Below are positions 8,397 through 17,425 of a DNA stretch of 42,419 nt, in pieces. Source of the stretch: a virus (Duplodnaviria; Caudoviricetes); the IMG/VR virus record IMGVR_UViG_3300048855_000213, positions 1 to 42,419 of that record; one strand, 5' to 3'. The notes beneath the pieces were generated by a model. It was not told where the DNA came from. It made no database searches and was given only the letters and a program-made list of their open reading frames with translations. Each line of letters begins with the position of its first letter. The stretch's first letter is position 1. The position numbers were made by a program, and so were the translations under genes.

Positions 8397-10045
8397 TCGG
8401 TCAGGCGGCCCACGGCCTGCTGAGTGAGCAGGTTGTTCCGCAGGCCGGTGATGGCGTCGCGTACGCCCGGCCTAACAGCCTGATTTCGCAGGTAAGTCTG
8501 CATCAGAGGATTGACGTAGGCCGCGCGGACTGCGGCCGGGAGCGCAAGGCCGGTCACCGCCCCAGCAGCAGCGCCCACCGGGCCGCCGATCAGCGCGCCA
8601 ACCGTTGATCCGCCAGCAGAGAGACCGCCGCCGGTGAGAAGCTGGTTCATCTGCGTGCGGCCGGCCGTGCCGCTATCCGGCGGCGCGCGCAGCACGCCTT
8701 GCCCGATGCGGGCCAACTCGTTCAGGTCGCCGCGCCCGAAGGCGTATCCGCCGCCGGTGCTCTGATCCAAGGCGCCACGCAGCGCCAGAGGGCTGATGTT
8801 GCCTTCCGCTGCGCCCGCACCCGCCCCGCCGGCAGCCTTCGCCGCCAGCATGAGGTTGGCATACTGGCGCCGGGCCTCGCGGAAGGCCTCCGCATCGTCG
8901 CCCGTGATGCTGTTGTCCATGCCCTCGCGCAGAGTATTGCGCAGGTCGCCGATGGCGTTGCGCAGGTCGCCGTTCGCCGTGCCCTTCATGCTGCGGCCGA
9001 GGGCGCTATCCAACTCGCGATAGAGCTGGCCCGGCACCTCGCCGTTCTCGTCTACCTGCCCCACGATCTGCATCATGCGCTCGCGGATCGGCCGGCTTAC
9101 CTCTGGCACAGAGAAGCGGCTGATCTCGTCTTCCTGCTGCGCCAGGCGGTTCAGCAGGTCGTCGTCAATGCGTAGGCGGTTGCGGCCTGCGATCTCCCCG
9201 ATGGTGCCGCCGATGCGTGCCCGCGCCTCGTTGAGCACTTCCGGCGCCGCGCTGTCCGCATCCACGCCAGCGCGCCGCAGCACCGCCCGGTTGAAGGCCC
9301 GCGCCTGCTCCTGCCCGAACGCCGCCTCGGCCCCAGACGTGCCGGGAAGCTGCTGAAAGGCTCCCTCCATGTTCTGAAGCGTGCGAGAGCCGGTCGCCTG
9401 CCCTGCCGAGAGGGGGATGCCTTCGCGCTCCGCAGCCTGAACCAGCGCCGCCCGTGCCGGGCTCAGGGTGTTCTGCACCGGCGAGATCAGCCGGGCACCG
9501 CCAGCCAGCCCGAGAGGCAGCGCCAGCGCCGTCGCCACACCGGCTAGCGGGCTATCGGTTGCCTCGGACACAGCGCCGCCAGCCGCTGCGCTGCCGACCT
9601 GGAGGCCGGGAAGCGCAGCAGCCTGTGTCGCCACCCGGTTCGCCAGTCCGCCGGCCTGGGACAGCCTTGCAACGCCAGCCGCCGGCACGAGGACCGTTGC
9701 CGCGTCGACAACGCCACGTCCCGCCCCACGCGCGCCTTCCTCCAGAGCGCCCTGTGGCACAGGAGGCTCGCCCGTGATGGAGCGGATGCCGCGCTGGATG
9801 CTGGCGGAGCCGCCGAATGCATCCTCTGGCACCGGCAGGCCCACGGCCCGGAGGCCGCGCCCCAGCAGGTCCACAGGGGCGCCAGCGACCTCGGCCAGAC
9901 GGTCATTGAAGCCCGATGCGGCCTGGACCGGGATGGCGGCTGCCTGCTCAAGAGCGCCACGGCCTTGCGTCGCTGGCTCGGCGTACCGCTCCCACGGCTT
10001 CGCATCGGCGGCAGGCTGGCTGTACCGCTCCCATGGCCCCGCCAT
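8393..10045 (-). CDS. DNA ejection/injection protein (third in the cluster)
   Basis: MAGPWERY..KPWERY start, Ala/Gly-rich, PDSGTAGR motif, hydrophobic C-terminal segment; position after the gp7-like gene. Confidence 0.7.
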   Translation of the reverse strand: MAGPWERYSQPAADAKPWERYAEPATQGRGALEQAAAIPVQAASGFNDRLAEVAGAPVDLLGRGLRAVGLPVPEDAFGGSASIQRGIRSITGEPPVPQGALEEGARGAGRGVVDAATVLVPAAGVARLSQAGGLANRVATQAAALPGLQVGSAAAGGAVSEATDSPLAGVATALALPLGLAGGARLISPVQNTLSPARAALVQAAEREGIPLSAGQATGSRTLQNMEGAFQQLPGTSGAEAAFGQEQARAFNRAVLRRAGVDADSAAPEVLNEARARIGGTIGEIAGRNRLRIDDDLLNRLAQQEDEISRFSVPEVSRPIRERMMQIVGQVDENGEVPGQLYRELDSALGRSMKGTANGDLRNAIGDLRNTLREGMDNSITGDDAEAFREARRQYANLMLAAKAAGGAGAGAAEGNISPLALRGALDQSTGGGYAFGRGDLNELARIGQGVLRAPPDSGTAGRTQMNQLLTGGGLSAGGSTVGALIGGPVGAAAGAVTGLALPAAVRAAYVNPLMQTYLRNQAVRPGVRDAITGLRNNLLTQQAVGRLTD

Positions 10046-11646
10046 TACACCGGCTCCCAGCTATTCGGGTCGGCTGGATTGCCACCCTTGAAGCGATAGC
10101 CGTTCTCAACCGTGCCGGGTGACGGACCCGAGGCGGCAGGAGCGGCCGAAGCGCGGCCACCCTCTGTGACGTTGGGCGGCAGGTTCGTGTAGGGCGACAG
10201 GTCCGCTTCCGGCAGGCCGAGTTCCCGACGCCGCCCCTGCACCCGCGCAGTTGCGATCTGCCGGGCGCGCTCCATGGCGCCGTTGAGCGACTGAAGGCCG
10301 CGCCTGACGGCTTCCTTGTCGTTGAGGTTGTTCAAGATCTGATCCCGCGCGCGCTGGGCGTCCTGATCCGTCTGCGGACCGGCGGCCTGGGAAAGCACCG
10401 CATTGACGCTCTCCGTGACGTGGCGCTCCAGGTCCGCGAAGTTGATGCTGTTCTCGTTCGAGAGACCGGCCGCGTTGCGCGCACGGGCGATGGTGCTGGC
10501 CCCCATGCCGAACTCCAGCTTCCCGCTGTCGATCATGCTCAGCAGGCGGTTGCCGTTGGCGATGATGCCGGAAGACGAGCCGATCCGCTCAAGCTGCGGA
10601 GCTTCCTGCTGCGTGATGGTCGCGAGCCGCTGCTGTTCGCTGGTCCGCTGAGATGCCGCGCGGCTTTCCTCCGCTCGCCTCTCGGCACTGTCCGCCCTGC
10701 GGTTCGCCTCTTCCCGCTGGCGGCGCTGTTCCTCGAATTGAGCGGTCTGCTGCTGCCTCGTCCACTCGAACTGTGCATCACGACGCGCATTGTCGCCCGC
10801 CCGCTCCTGTGCCATCGCGTTCTCCCGGAGGAACTGCGCCCTCATGGCGGGGACGCCTCCCGGGTTGGTGAGCACCAGGGCTTTCAGCGTGTTGGTCTGG
10901 TCTGCCGTAAGGCCACTGGCGCCGACTGTTGGGCTGCTGCTGGCCAGCACGGGCACCCCAGGGGCCGGCGCAGGGAGGCCTGCGAACACGCCTCCCTCGC
11001 CCGGGTTGGCCCGATACTGTGTCCCAGGCCCCTGCCCCGTGAGAGCCTGCGCGCGGCCGGCGCTGATCTCGGCCAAGCGAGCTTCCAGCGCTGGGCCTTC
11101 CAGGGTCCGCATGGCTTCGTCCCGCAGCGCGGCCGCCGAAGCATTGTCGGCGCGCACCGTGCCGCCGGTCCCGACCGGAGCGGGCGCCGCAGTCGGCATC
11201 GGCGCACCCATGGAGACGGGCGTGTATCCAGGCGCCGCAGCAGGCGCAGGGCCGCCGCCGACGAGGCCGGACATGGTCTCCGTCAGTCGACGCTTCTCCT
11301 CGATTTGCATCCGCTGGAAAGTCGTCAGGTCGGACGAAGCAACCGCCTTCAGCCGCTCCATGCCGGGGAACTGCTCGGGCAACCCCTGGCCGAAGCCCGC
11401 TTGCTGCAACCGCGCCCGCTCCGCCCCCCACTGCGCCGCCGCCTGGTCTTCCGGCAGGTTCACGAGGCTGCGGGCCAGCGCAATGCGGGCGTTGGTGTCC
11501 CGCTCGTATTGCTGCCCCGCCTGATCCTTCTGCGCGTTCTGCATAAGCAGTTGATTTCGCTGGAAGCTCTGCACATCGCGGTCGAGCTTGGCGGCATCGA
11601 ACAGGACATTGGGGGCAGCCGAGGCAATGGGGCCGAAGGTTGCCAT
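10045..11646 (-). CDS. DNA ejection/injection protein (second in the cluster)
   Basis: Gln/Arg-rich coiled coil, GPQTDQDA motif, C-terminal GYRFKGGNPADPNSWE; AAGGAG RBS. Confidence 0.7.
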   Translation of the reverse strand: MATFGPIASAAPNVLFDAAKLDRDVQSFQRNQLLMQNAQKDQAGQQYERDTNARIALARSLVNLPEDQAAAQWGAERARLQQAGFGQGLPEQFPGMERLKAVASSDLTTFQRMQIEEKRRLTETMSGLVGGGPAPAAAPGYTPVSMGAPMPTAAPAPVGTGGTVRADNASAAALRDEAMRTLEGPALEARLAEISAGRAQALTGQGPGTQYRANPGEGGVFAGLPAPAPGVPVLASSSPTVGASGLTADQTNTLKALVLTNPGGVPAMRAQFLRENAMAQERAGDNARRDAQFEWTRQQQTAQFEEQRRQREEANRRADSAERRAEESRAASQRTSEQQRLATITQQEAPQLERIGSSSGIIANGNRLLSMIDSGKLEFGMGASTIARARNAAGLSNENSINFADLERHVTESVNAVLSQAAGPQTDQDAQRARDQILNNLNDKEAVRRGLQSLNGAMERARQIATARVQGRRRELGLPEADLSPYTNLPPNVTEGGRASAAPAASGPSPGTVENGYRFKGGNPADPNSWEPV

Positions 11647-11693
11647 GGTTGCTCCTTGTGTTACCGTAGGTTGCAGTTTGCTTGGAGAATTTG

Positions 11694-11909
11694 ATGCGAA
11701 GCGTTCTGTTGGTGTTGTGCCTGGCCGTGGCCGGCTGCGCTCAGTCTGAAATGATTGTCCTGCGCGACCCGGCGACAGGTCAGATCACCCGGTGCGAGAA
11801 GAACTCTGGCCCGTCGCTCTTCCCGATTGCTCAGACGATGATCGACAACTCGGCCGCTCGGTCCTGCGCGGCAGGCTATGAGGCCGCCGGCTGGCAGCGG
11901 ATGAACTAA
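11694..11909 (+). CDS. Small lipoprotein moron (possible superinfection exclusion)
   Basis: Signal peptide with lipobox VAGC, further Cys pair; GGAG RBS; TAGGTT box upstream; antisense within the ejection genes. Confidence 0.75.
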   Translation: MRSVLLVLCLAVAGCAQSEMIVLRDPATGQITRCEKNSGPSLFPIAQTMIDNSAARSCAAGYEAAGWQRMN

Positions 11910-12580
11910 TAGACCCCCGAGGTCGTGTCGCTGTAGACTGGCACCTGGGCATAGGTTGACTGCTGCGGCGCCAGAGCGTTGGTCCGCTGCTGGTACTGGT
12001 AGTTCTGGATGCCCTGGTTGACCGCGCTGCCGATGCCCGACGCGGCGTTGCCGTAGATGCTGGCCTGGGCAGAGCCGAGGGACGCCGCCGTCTGCGCCAC
12101 ACCCGCCGCCGTCTGCACCCCGGAAGCACCCACCTGCGCCGCCGAGTTCTGGCCCATCTGCGCCATGCCCATCAGGCGGTTGTAGTAGGTGCTGAATTCC
12201 TGATTGGCGAGGTTCTGGCCGAAGGTCTGCTCAGCCTCTCGCGTCGCGCCAGACTGGAGCAGCCCACGGGCCGCCGCGCCGCTGTCAATCGCCTTCAGGC
12301 CCTCGGACATCTGGAAGTCGTAGCCGGGCGATACCTTGAACTTCGCCATGGCGGCATCGGCTGCCGTCTGGCCGTTCAGACCCAGCAAGTCCTGCGTCGG
12401 CGCCAGTGCATTGCGGCCGGCCGTCGTCCAGGGCTCCAGGTCAGCCCGCATCATTTCCTGGGCTTGCGCCTGCGCGTCCGCAGCCGTCTGCGCTGCCTTT
12501 TTCGTGGCCTTGGACTGCTTGTTGGCGGCATACATCGTGCCGGCTGCGGCGACACCGGCGGCTGCGACTGCGAACGGCAT
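11906..12580 (-). CDS. P22 gp7-like DNA transfer (ejection) protein
   Basis: Hydrophobic Ala-rich N-terminus; SPGYDFQ..EG....SGAAARGLLQSGAT motif. Confidence 0.8.
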   Translation of the reverse strand: MPFAVAAAGVAAAGTMYAANKQSKATKKAAQTAADAQAQAQEMMRADLEPWTTAGRNALAPTQDLLGLNGQTAADAAMAKFKVSPGYDFQMSEGLKAIDSGAAARGLLQSGATREAEQTFGQNLANQEFSTYYNRLMGMAQMGQNSAAQVGASGVQTAAGVAQTAASLGSAQASIYGNAASGIGSAVNQGIQNYQYQQRTNALAPQQSTYAQVPVYSDTTSGVY

Positions 12581-12583
12581 GGA

Positions 12584-12958
12584 TCAGCCCTCCACCAGAT
12601 GGTGTTCTTCGTGGATCTCGGCGGCCTCGCCATGGGCCGCATTGTGGATGCACAGGATCACGGTCCCGGCCTCCAGCACCTCGAAGGCATGCTTCACGCG
12701 CGCCGGCACCCGCACGAGCCCCGGCGCCTTGGTGACCCCCATGTCCTCCCCGTCCTGCCAGACCCGCACCGAGCCCTGTGCGATGGCCGAGAGGTGGTCA
12801 TACGTGTGCGCGTGCTGGGGCACGATCATGCCCGCGGCGGGCATCACCCAGGGCTTCACCCACACGTCGCCATAGAGCGCCGCCTCCAGGCCTTCGGGCT
12901 GGCTCGCGTGGCGCGTCAGGGCCGTGGGGCACTCGGCGCAGTTTCCGTCGCAGGTCAT
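12584..12958 (-). CDS. Cupin-domain protein
   Basis: PQHAHTYDHLS and VPARVKHAF cupin motifs; CxxxCxxC at the N-terminus; ATGA-coupled to the upstream gene. Confidence 0.75.
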   Translation of the reverse strand: MTCDGNCAECPTALTRHASQPEGLEAALYGDVWVKPWVMPAAGMIVPQHAHTYDHLSAIAQGSVRVWQDGEDMGVTKAPGLVRVPARVKHAFEVLEAGTVILCIHNAAHGEAAEIHEEHHLVEG

Positions 12959-13515
12959 GCGGTCGCGTCCCTCAGGGTGATGATCAGGTTGATGCGCTCT
13001 TCGCCGCCGTCGTTGTGGACCGAGTGCGGCACGAGGTTGTCGAACTCCCAGACCTCGCCGGCCTGGAACACCACTTCCTCGTCCAGCGTCACGTTCCGGC
13101 AGCCAGGGTTGGTCCGCAGCGGGATGTAGAACTTGCGATTGAAGTGCCGTGCGGTCCAAGCCGCGCCGTCCGTGTGCGTCTTGACCTCGCCGCCCGGCGG
13201 AATGCGGGAGATGAGGCAGCCGCCGAGTTCCACGCCACGGAAGGTGCTCATGAGAGCGAAGGCCACGGGATGAACGGTCGGCAGTGCATCCCACGCCGGA
13301 TAGAAGGCCAGCAGGCCCGGAGCCAGATAGGCCTCTTTGCTCGTCAGCACCTCGCGCGGGAAGTAGCGGAGCCAGATGTCGGAGGTGCCGCGCATGGGGC
13401 TATCGTCACGATCCGTCCGCTCCCTGTGCTCGTCCCAGAGGTGCGGGGACGCATCGAGTTGCGCCAGGATCGGCCCGACGTCCAGGCCCTCATGCACGCG
13501 GGAGAAGTATTTCAT
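12955..13515 (-). CDS. Aspartyl/asparaginyl beta-hydroxylase-like 2OG-Fe(II) oxygenase
   Basis: RIPPGGEVKTHTD (HxD), GEVWEFDNLVPHSVHN (distal His), ERINLII (2OG-binding Arg). Confidence 0.85.
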   Translation of the reverse strand: MKYFSRVHEGLDVGPILAQLDASPHLWDEHRERTDRDDSPMRGTSDIWLRYFPREVLTSKEAYLAPGLLAFYPAWDALPTVHPVAFALMSTFRGVELGGCLISRIPPGGEVKTHTDGAAWTARHFNRKFYIPLRTNPGCRNVTLDEEVVFQAGEVWEFDNLVPHSVHNDGGEERINLIITLRDATA

Positions 13516-13832
13516 CTTGCCGCCACGATGAAGTTGAAGAGGCCCGTGTCCGCGTCGTCGGGAACATTGGGCAGGTTGAAGGTTGTGCTGCCGTCGCCGG
13601 CGCCGAAGGTCTCGCCGATCACGTCAAACAGGTCGGCGTAATCGGTGCGGGAGACGGCGCTACCGTCAGCGCGCAGCCAGCCTTCGGGCCCGGTCTCGGT
13701 GAATGCCTGCCGAGCCTCGCCGATGACGTAGGGCGCGCCCCGCATCTCCTGCCAGAAGTTGTACCAGACCCAAGATGGGAAAAGCTCGCCCGCCTGGGTA
13801 AGCTGCTCCTGCGGCCCTGGCATCTCCTGCAT
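13512..13832 (-). CDS. Short tail protein with a phage tail-collar domain
   Basis: PEGWLRADGSAVSRTDYADLFDVIGETFGAGDGSTTFNLP; ATG 1 nt after the upstream stop. Confidence 0.8.
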   Translation of the reverse strand: MQEMPGPQEQLTQAGELFPSWVWYNFWQEMRGAPYVIGEARQAFTETGPEGWLRADGSAVSRTDYADLFDVIGETFGAGDGSTTFNLPNVPDDADTGLFNFIVAAR

Positions 13833-13833
13833 G

Positions 13834-15225
13834 TCAGTGCTCCCCAGCGACGATATCTGCGGCGGCACCAAGCAGGGATACTTGGCTGGAGCCTTGGATT
13901 ACGAACCGGATGGTCCTCTGTCGAAAGCTGCCGAGCCGGTGCCAATGCAGGCGCGTTCGGTAGGCGTCGACGGCACCGGATGTGGCGAGACGGGGTGTGC
14001 TCCAGTTCCGCCCGCCGTCATCGGAATAGCTCATACTCACCACAACCGGAGGCGAGACGCCCACTTCCATCTCCAACTCCAGAGACGCCATGAAGGCGCG
14101 GCGCGTGTCAGCATAGATCGGCGGCAGGATGGCCGTGCGCTGAACCGGAAGGCCGCCTTCGGTGAACATCCGATGATCCAGGCGCCAGACGCGACCAGAG
14201 AAGGCGTCTCCGACAAGCTGGAAGTCGCCGAACCGCGCGCCGCACTGACCCTGCCACCGCTGATCCGCCGGGCCAGTGGACCGGTTGTGCCAGAGCTTCG
14301 TGGCGAAATCGTAGACCCAGGTTCGGCCCGCATCGGGAAAGGTGATGGCATATTGGACATGCCCGGCGTGGCTCAGCGAATAGCCGATGGTCAGCGGCTT
14401 CCCCGCGTAGTTGTTGATCTCCCGCTCGATGGCGTAGGTGGAAATCCGCTGCGGCTGCGTGCCGTTGGCCTGGTAGACGATCAGGTCGTCTCCCACCCAG
14501 CAGACCGAGTTATCCGCCACAGCCGATGACCGGTAGGCAAGCGTGCCAACCTCGATGACGGCGCCCGTCTGGCGCTGGAATGGGCTGGCCTTGACGCCCG
14601 TGCTGGCCCAGATCTCAATCGTCCTCTGCCCGAACAGCCAGAGCTGGCCGCTGAAGGCCTGGATGCCCAGTAGATTATCCGGCGCGCGCTCCTGCGTGGC
14701 GAAGTTCTTCGCGCCAAAGTTCGACCCGTCATAAAGCTCGGACCACCAGAAGCGCCCCGTTCCCATCTCCGAGATCACGAAGCGCCCGTCGAGGTAGGTG
14801 ACGCTGCTGGCTTCCGGCATGCCATCGCGCGTGACCAGAGAGAAACTGGCGTCGTCGCGCAGCAGGTAGAGCTTCGGCGGCACGCAGACCATCACCTCTC
14901 GGTCAGAACAGGCGATGGTGGAGAGGTAAGGCGAGCCGTCCGCCGCCCAGGTTCCGACTTGGACGGCCGAGCCGTTACCGGAGATCCGGAACAGCGCATT
15001 GCCCGAGACCGCGAAGGCCTCCGTGCGCTGCACTGCCAGGGCGTAGACTGGCGCTTCCCCCAGGTAGGCGAACTCGATCAGGCCCGGCGTGTTCCGGACG
15101 ACAAACGACGAGCGCGCGGTCGGGGGCTGCGGCTCCAGGTAGAGGTTGATCAGCTTCTCCTGCGATACCGCGCTGTTCTCCAGCGGGTAGCTCTGGCTCG
15201 CGAAGGGGATCTGCTTCACGGCCAT
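13834..15225 (-). CDS. P22 gp10-like tail hub / packaged-DNA stabilization protein
   Basis: INLYLE, TPGL, SVTYLDGRF, FATQERAPD, SYSDDGGRNWS and WHRLGSFRQR motifs; position. Confidence 0.85.
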   Translation of the reverse strand: MAVKQIPFASQSYPLENSAVSQEKLINLYLEPQPPTARSSFVVRNTPGLIEFAYLGEAPVYALAVQRTEAFAVSGNALFRISGNGSAVQVGTWAADGSPYLSTIACSDREVMVCVPPKLYLLRDDASFSLVTRDGMPEASSVTYLDGRFVISEMGTGRFWWSELYDGSNFGAKNFATQERAPDNLLGIQAFSGQLWLFGQRTIEIWASTGVKASPFQRQTGAVIEVGTLAYRSSAVADNSVCWVGDDLIVYQANGTQPQRISTYAIEREINNYAGKPLTIGYSLSHAGHVQYAITFPDAGRTWVYDFATKLWHNRSTGPADQRWQGQCGARFGDFQLVGDAFSGRVWRLDHRMFTEGGLPVQRTAILPPIYADTRRAFMASLELEMEVGVSPPVVVSMSYSDDGGRNWSTPRLATSGAVDAYRTRLHWHRLGSFRQRTIRFVIQGSSQVSLLGAAADIVAGEH

Positions 15226-15249
15226 GGGTTATGCCCACTTCATCATGGT

Positions 15250-16956
15250 TCACGTGACCTGACGGGCGAGAAGCTCGAAGACGGTCCCGCTCTCCAACTT
15301 GAACCGAACCACATGCGTCGCCGTGGCTCCAGCCGCAGGAATGGCAGCGCCATAGCGGAGTAGGCCGTCGCCCTTTGTAACCACGGCAAAATCAATATGA
15401 GCATCTGCGCCGTCCACGCGCACGGCCGGGAACTGCCCAGCCAATCCGCCCGTCAGACGCACCCAGTTGACGACCGGGCCTGTCGTATTGCCCACCTTGG
15501 CCGCGACGCCGTTGGCGTTGCCGATGTCCACCAGCGTGGATACGGGGGCCGTGATGGCCGTGATGTTGTCGTCTATCCCGTAGCAGCCCTGGACAATGAC
15601 CTGTTCGGCCGCAGCCTGGTTCACCAAGGGGCCGGTGAGATTGCCACTCAGATCCACACCGATGACCCGCACGCGCCGCGCGCCATTCTCGATCACGACA
15701 CCGTAACGCTGCCCACCGGTGCCGTTCTCGTTCGAGCCGACAGCGCCGCCCATCACCTCCACGCTCTCAGCGGTGCTGCGGATCACGATGCCATCGTAGG
15801 TTCCGATGGCCGACTGCGAGTTGCGCGCAATCGTCGGGGTGACGATGCGGATGCGCTTCCCGGCCAGTTCCATGCCGTGGTTGTTGCCACCGCCCACACG
15901 GCCTTCCCACAGGAAACCGTCTACCTTCGGACCGACATAGACACCAGCCGCCTCGGCGCGGCCCTGGACCCATCCGTTGCGGATGCGGATGTCGGCGCCA
16001 ATCTCGGCGCGCACGCCATGCCGGCCGGTGTTGTCGCTCTGGAAATCGTCGAGGAAAATGAAGCCGGGGTTGGAGTTCGCGACCGTGTTGCCCACGTCGA
16101 GGATGGCCAGGGCGTCTCGGGCCCGCACCACCTGGATGCTCTTCCCGGTCACGGTGCCCACGGCGCCGCTGATCACCAGACCATCGGCTTCCATGCCCGA
16201 GCCATTGGAGGCCGTGGTGTCGGCGCAGTCCCACTTCACGTTGTCGATGTTCCACAGGCCGCCGGCGTCGCCGACGTTGCCATGGAGCCGCAGGCAGTAG
16301 CCGCCCGGCTTCTTCGCGGAGATCGTGGCGCAGTTCATGTAACCGCCGCGCGACCCTACAGCGTCGATGCCGCGATTGAAGCCCAGGATGGAGATGTGCT
16401 CAAAGCGGGGGTTCTGGCACTGGTCGAGGACAATGGCCCGGCCGCTGCTGTATCCGACGTGCGAGATCAGCATGCGGGAGAAAGACGGGCGCCGCATGGC
16501 CCGACCGGCTAGCGTGGACGAGAACACGAACCCGTCACCGTCATGCGTGAAGGTGATCTTGGTCCCGTTGTCGCTGTTGCCGCCCTTGCCGTCGAAGCTG
16601 CAATTCGGCGTCCTGCCGTAGATCGGGCCAGAGAGGATGACGTTGCCGGCGGGCCACCTCAGGTCCACTCCAGCATCGAACGCCTTCTGGAGCGCATCGG
16701 TGTCGTCTGTCGTGCCGTTCGCCTTGACGCCGAAGTCCCGCACGTCCACGAATTCGCGGAGCTTGGCGGTGATTGTGCGCGGCACCGCGCCGGGTGCGCC
16801 GAGGCTGTAGACGGGGGCGGTGCCAGTCGCGTAATCCGCCAGGCGGAACGGCGTGAAGCGGTAGGCATTGGCGCCGTCATCCAGTGGGATGTAGCCGCCA
16901 TCCTGAAGCTGACCGGGGAAATCGACCAGGGACGAGATCTTAACCGCATCAGCCAT
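15250..16956 (-). CDS. Tailspike with pectate-lyase-like beta-helix
   Basis: RTITAKLREFVDVRDFGVKANGTTDDTDALQKA followed by beta-helix repeats. Confidence 0.85.
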   Translation of the reverse strand: MADAVKISSLVDFPGQLQDGGYIPLDDGANAYRFTPFRLADYATGTAPVYSLGAPGAVPRTITAKLREFVDVRDFGVKANGTTDDTDALQKAFDAGVDLRWPAGNVILSGPIYGRTPNCSFDGKGGNSDNGTKITFTHDGDGFVFSSTLAGRAMRRPSFSRMLISHVGYSSGRAIVLDQCQNPRFEHISILGFNRGIDAVGSRGGYMNCATISAKKPGGYCLRLHGNVGDAGGLWNIDNVKWDCADTTASNGSGMEADGLVISGAVGTVTGKSIQVVRARDALAILDVGNTVANSNPGFIFLDDFQSDNTGRHGVRAEIGADIRIRNGWVQGRAEAAGVYVGPKVDGFLWEGRVGGGNNHGMELAGKRIRIVTPTIARNSQSAIGTYDGIVIRSTAESVEVMGGAVGSNENGTGGQRYGVVIENGARRVRVIGVDLSGNLTGPLVNQAAAEQVIVQGCYGIDDNITAITAPVSTLVDIGNANGVAAKVGNTTGPVVNWVRLTGGLAGQFPAVRVDGADAHIDFAVVTKGDGLLRYGAAIPAAGATATHVVRFKLESGTVFELLARQVT

Positions 16957-17425
16957 GGAATTTCCCCTGCGGAATGGAAAGGTCGCCGGTGTAGGCGTCG
17001 TATGGGTTGGCGGCCGGCGTCACGAGATCCGTATCCACGGTGGTGCGGTATCCTTCCGCTGGAAGAATGTTGATCGCGCCTGAGGCGATGACAGCGTTGC
17101 GTCCTTCAGGGCCGAGATTGCAGCGCCACCACGCTTGTCCGAAGCGGTCGAACGTATCGCCCGCAGCGAAGTCGAAGCAGAGCGTGCCGGCCGCCAGATC
17201 CAGGAAGGTCGCGTCCCTCATGATCCAGGCGCTGCGGCCGAAGCTGACGCGGAAGAACGCCGACATGCCCAGCAGGTTCAGCGGCTCAGGGGCGCCATCT
17301 TCCTCATAGACCCGCAGAAGGATGCGAACCTCTTCCCCGGCGGTCATGATGAAGTTGCGCTGCGCCGGCGCGGCCAGCGGCGGAACCTGCCGCGCGACAT
17401 CGAAGGAGAGGACACGGCCGGGCAT
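16949..17425 (-). CDS. Hypothetical virion protein (beta-rich, possible spike adaptor)
   Basis: Coupled between the connector and tailspike; GEEVRILLRV..PLNLLG pattern. Confidence 0.6.
   Translation of the reverse strand: MPGRVLSFDVARQVPPLAAPAQRNFIMTAGEEVRILLRVYEEDGAPEPLNLLGMSAFFRVSFGRSAWIMRDATFLDLAAGTLCFDFAAGDTFDRFGQAWWRCNLGPEGRNAVIASGAINILPAEGYRTTVDTDLVTPAANPYDAYTGDLSIPQGKFHG

Noticed and set aside
12959-13294. Upstream extension of the cupin ORF (track call 12584..13294)
   Set aside because: It overlaps the hydroxylase out of frame and is Arg-rich nonsense; the ATGA-coupled start at 12958 is better.
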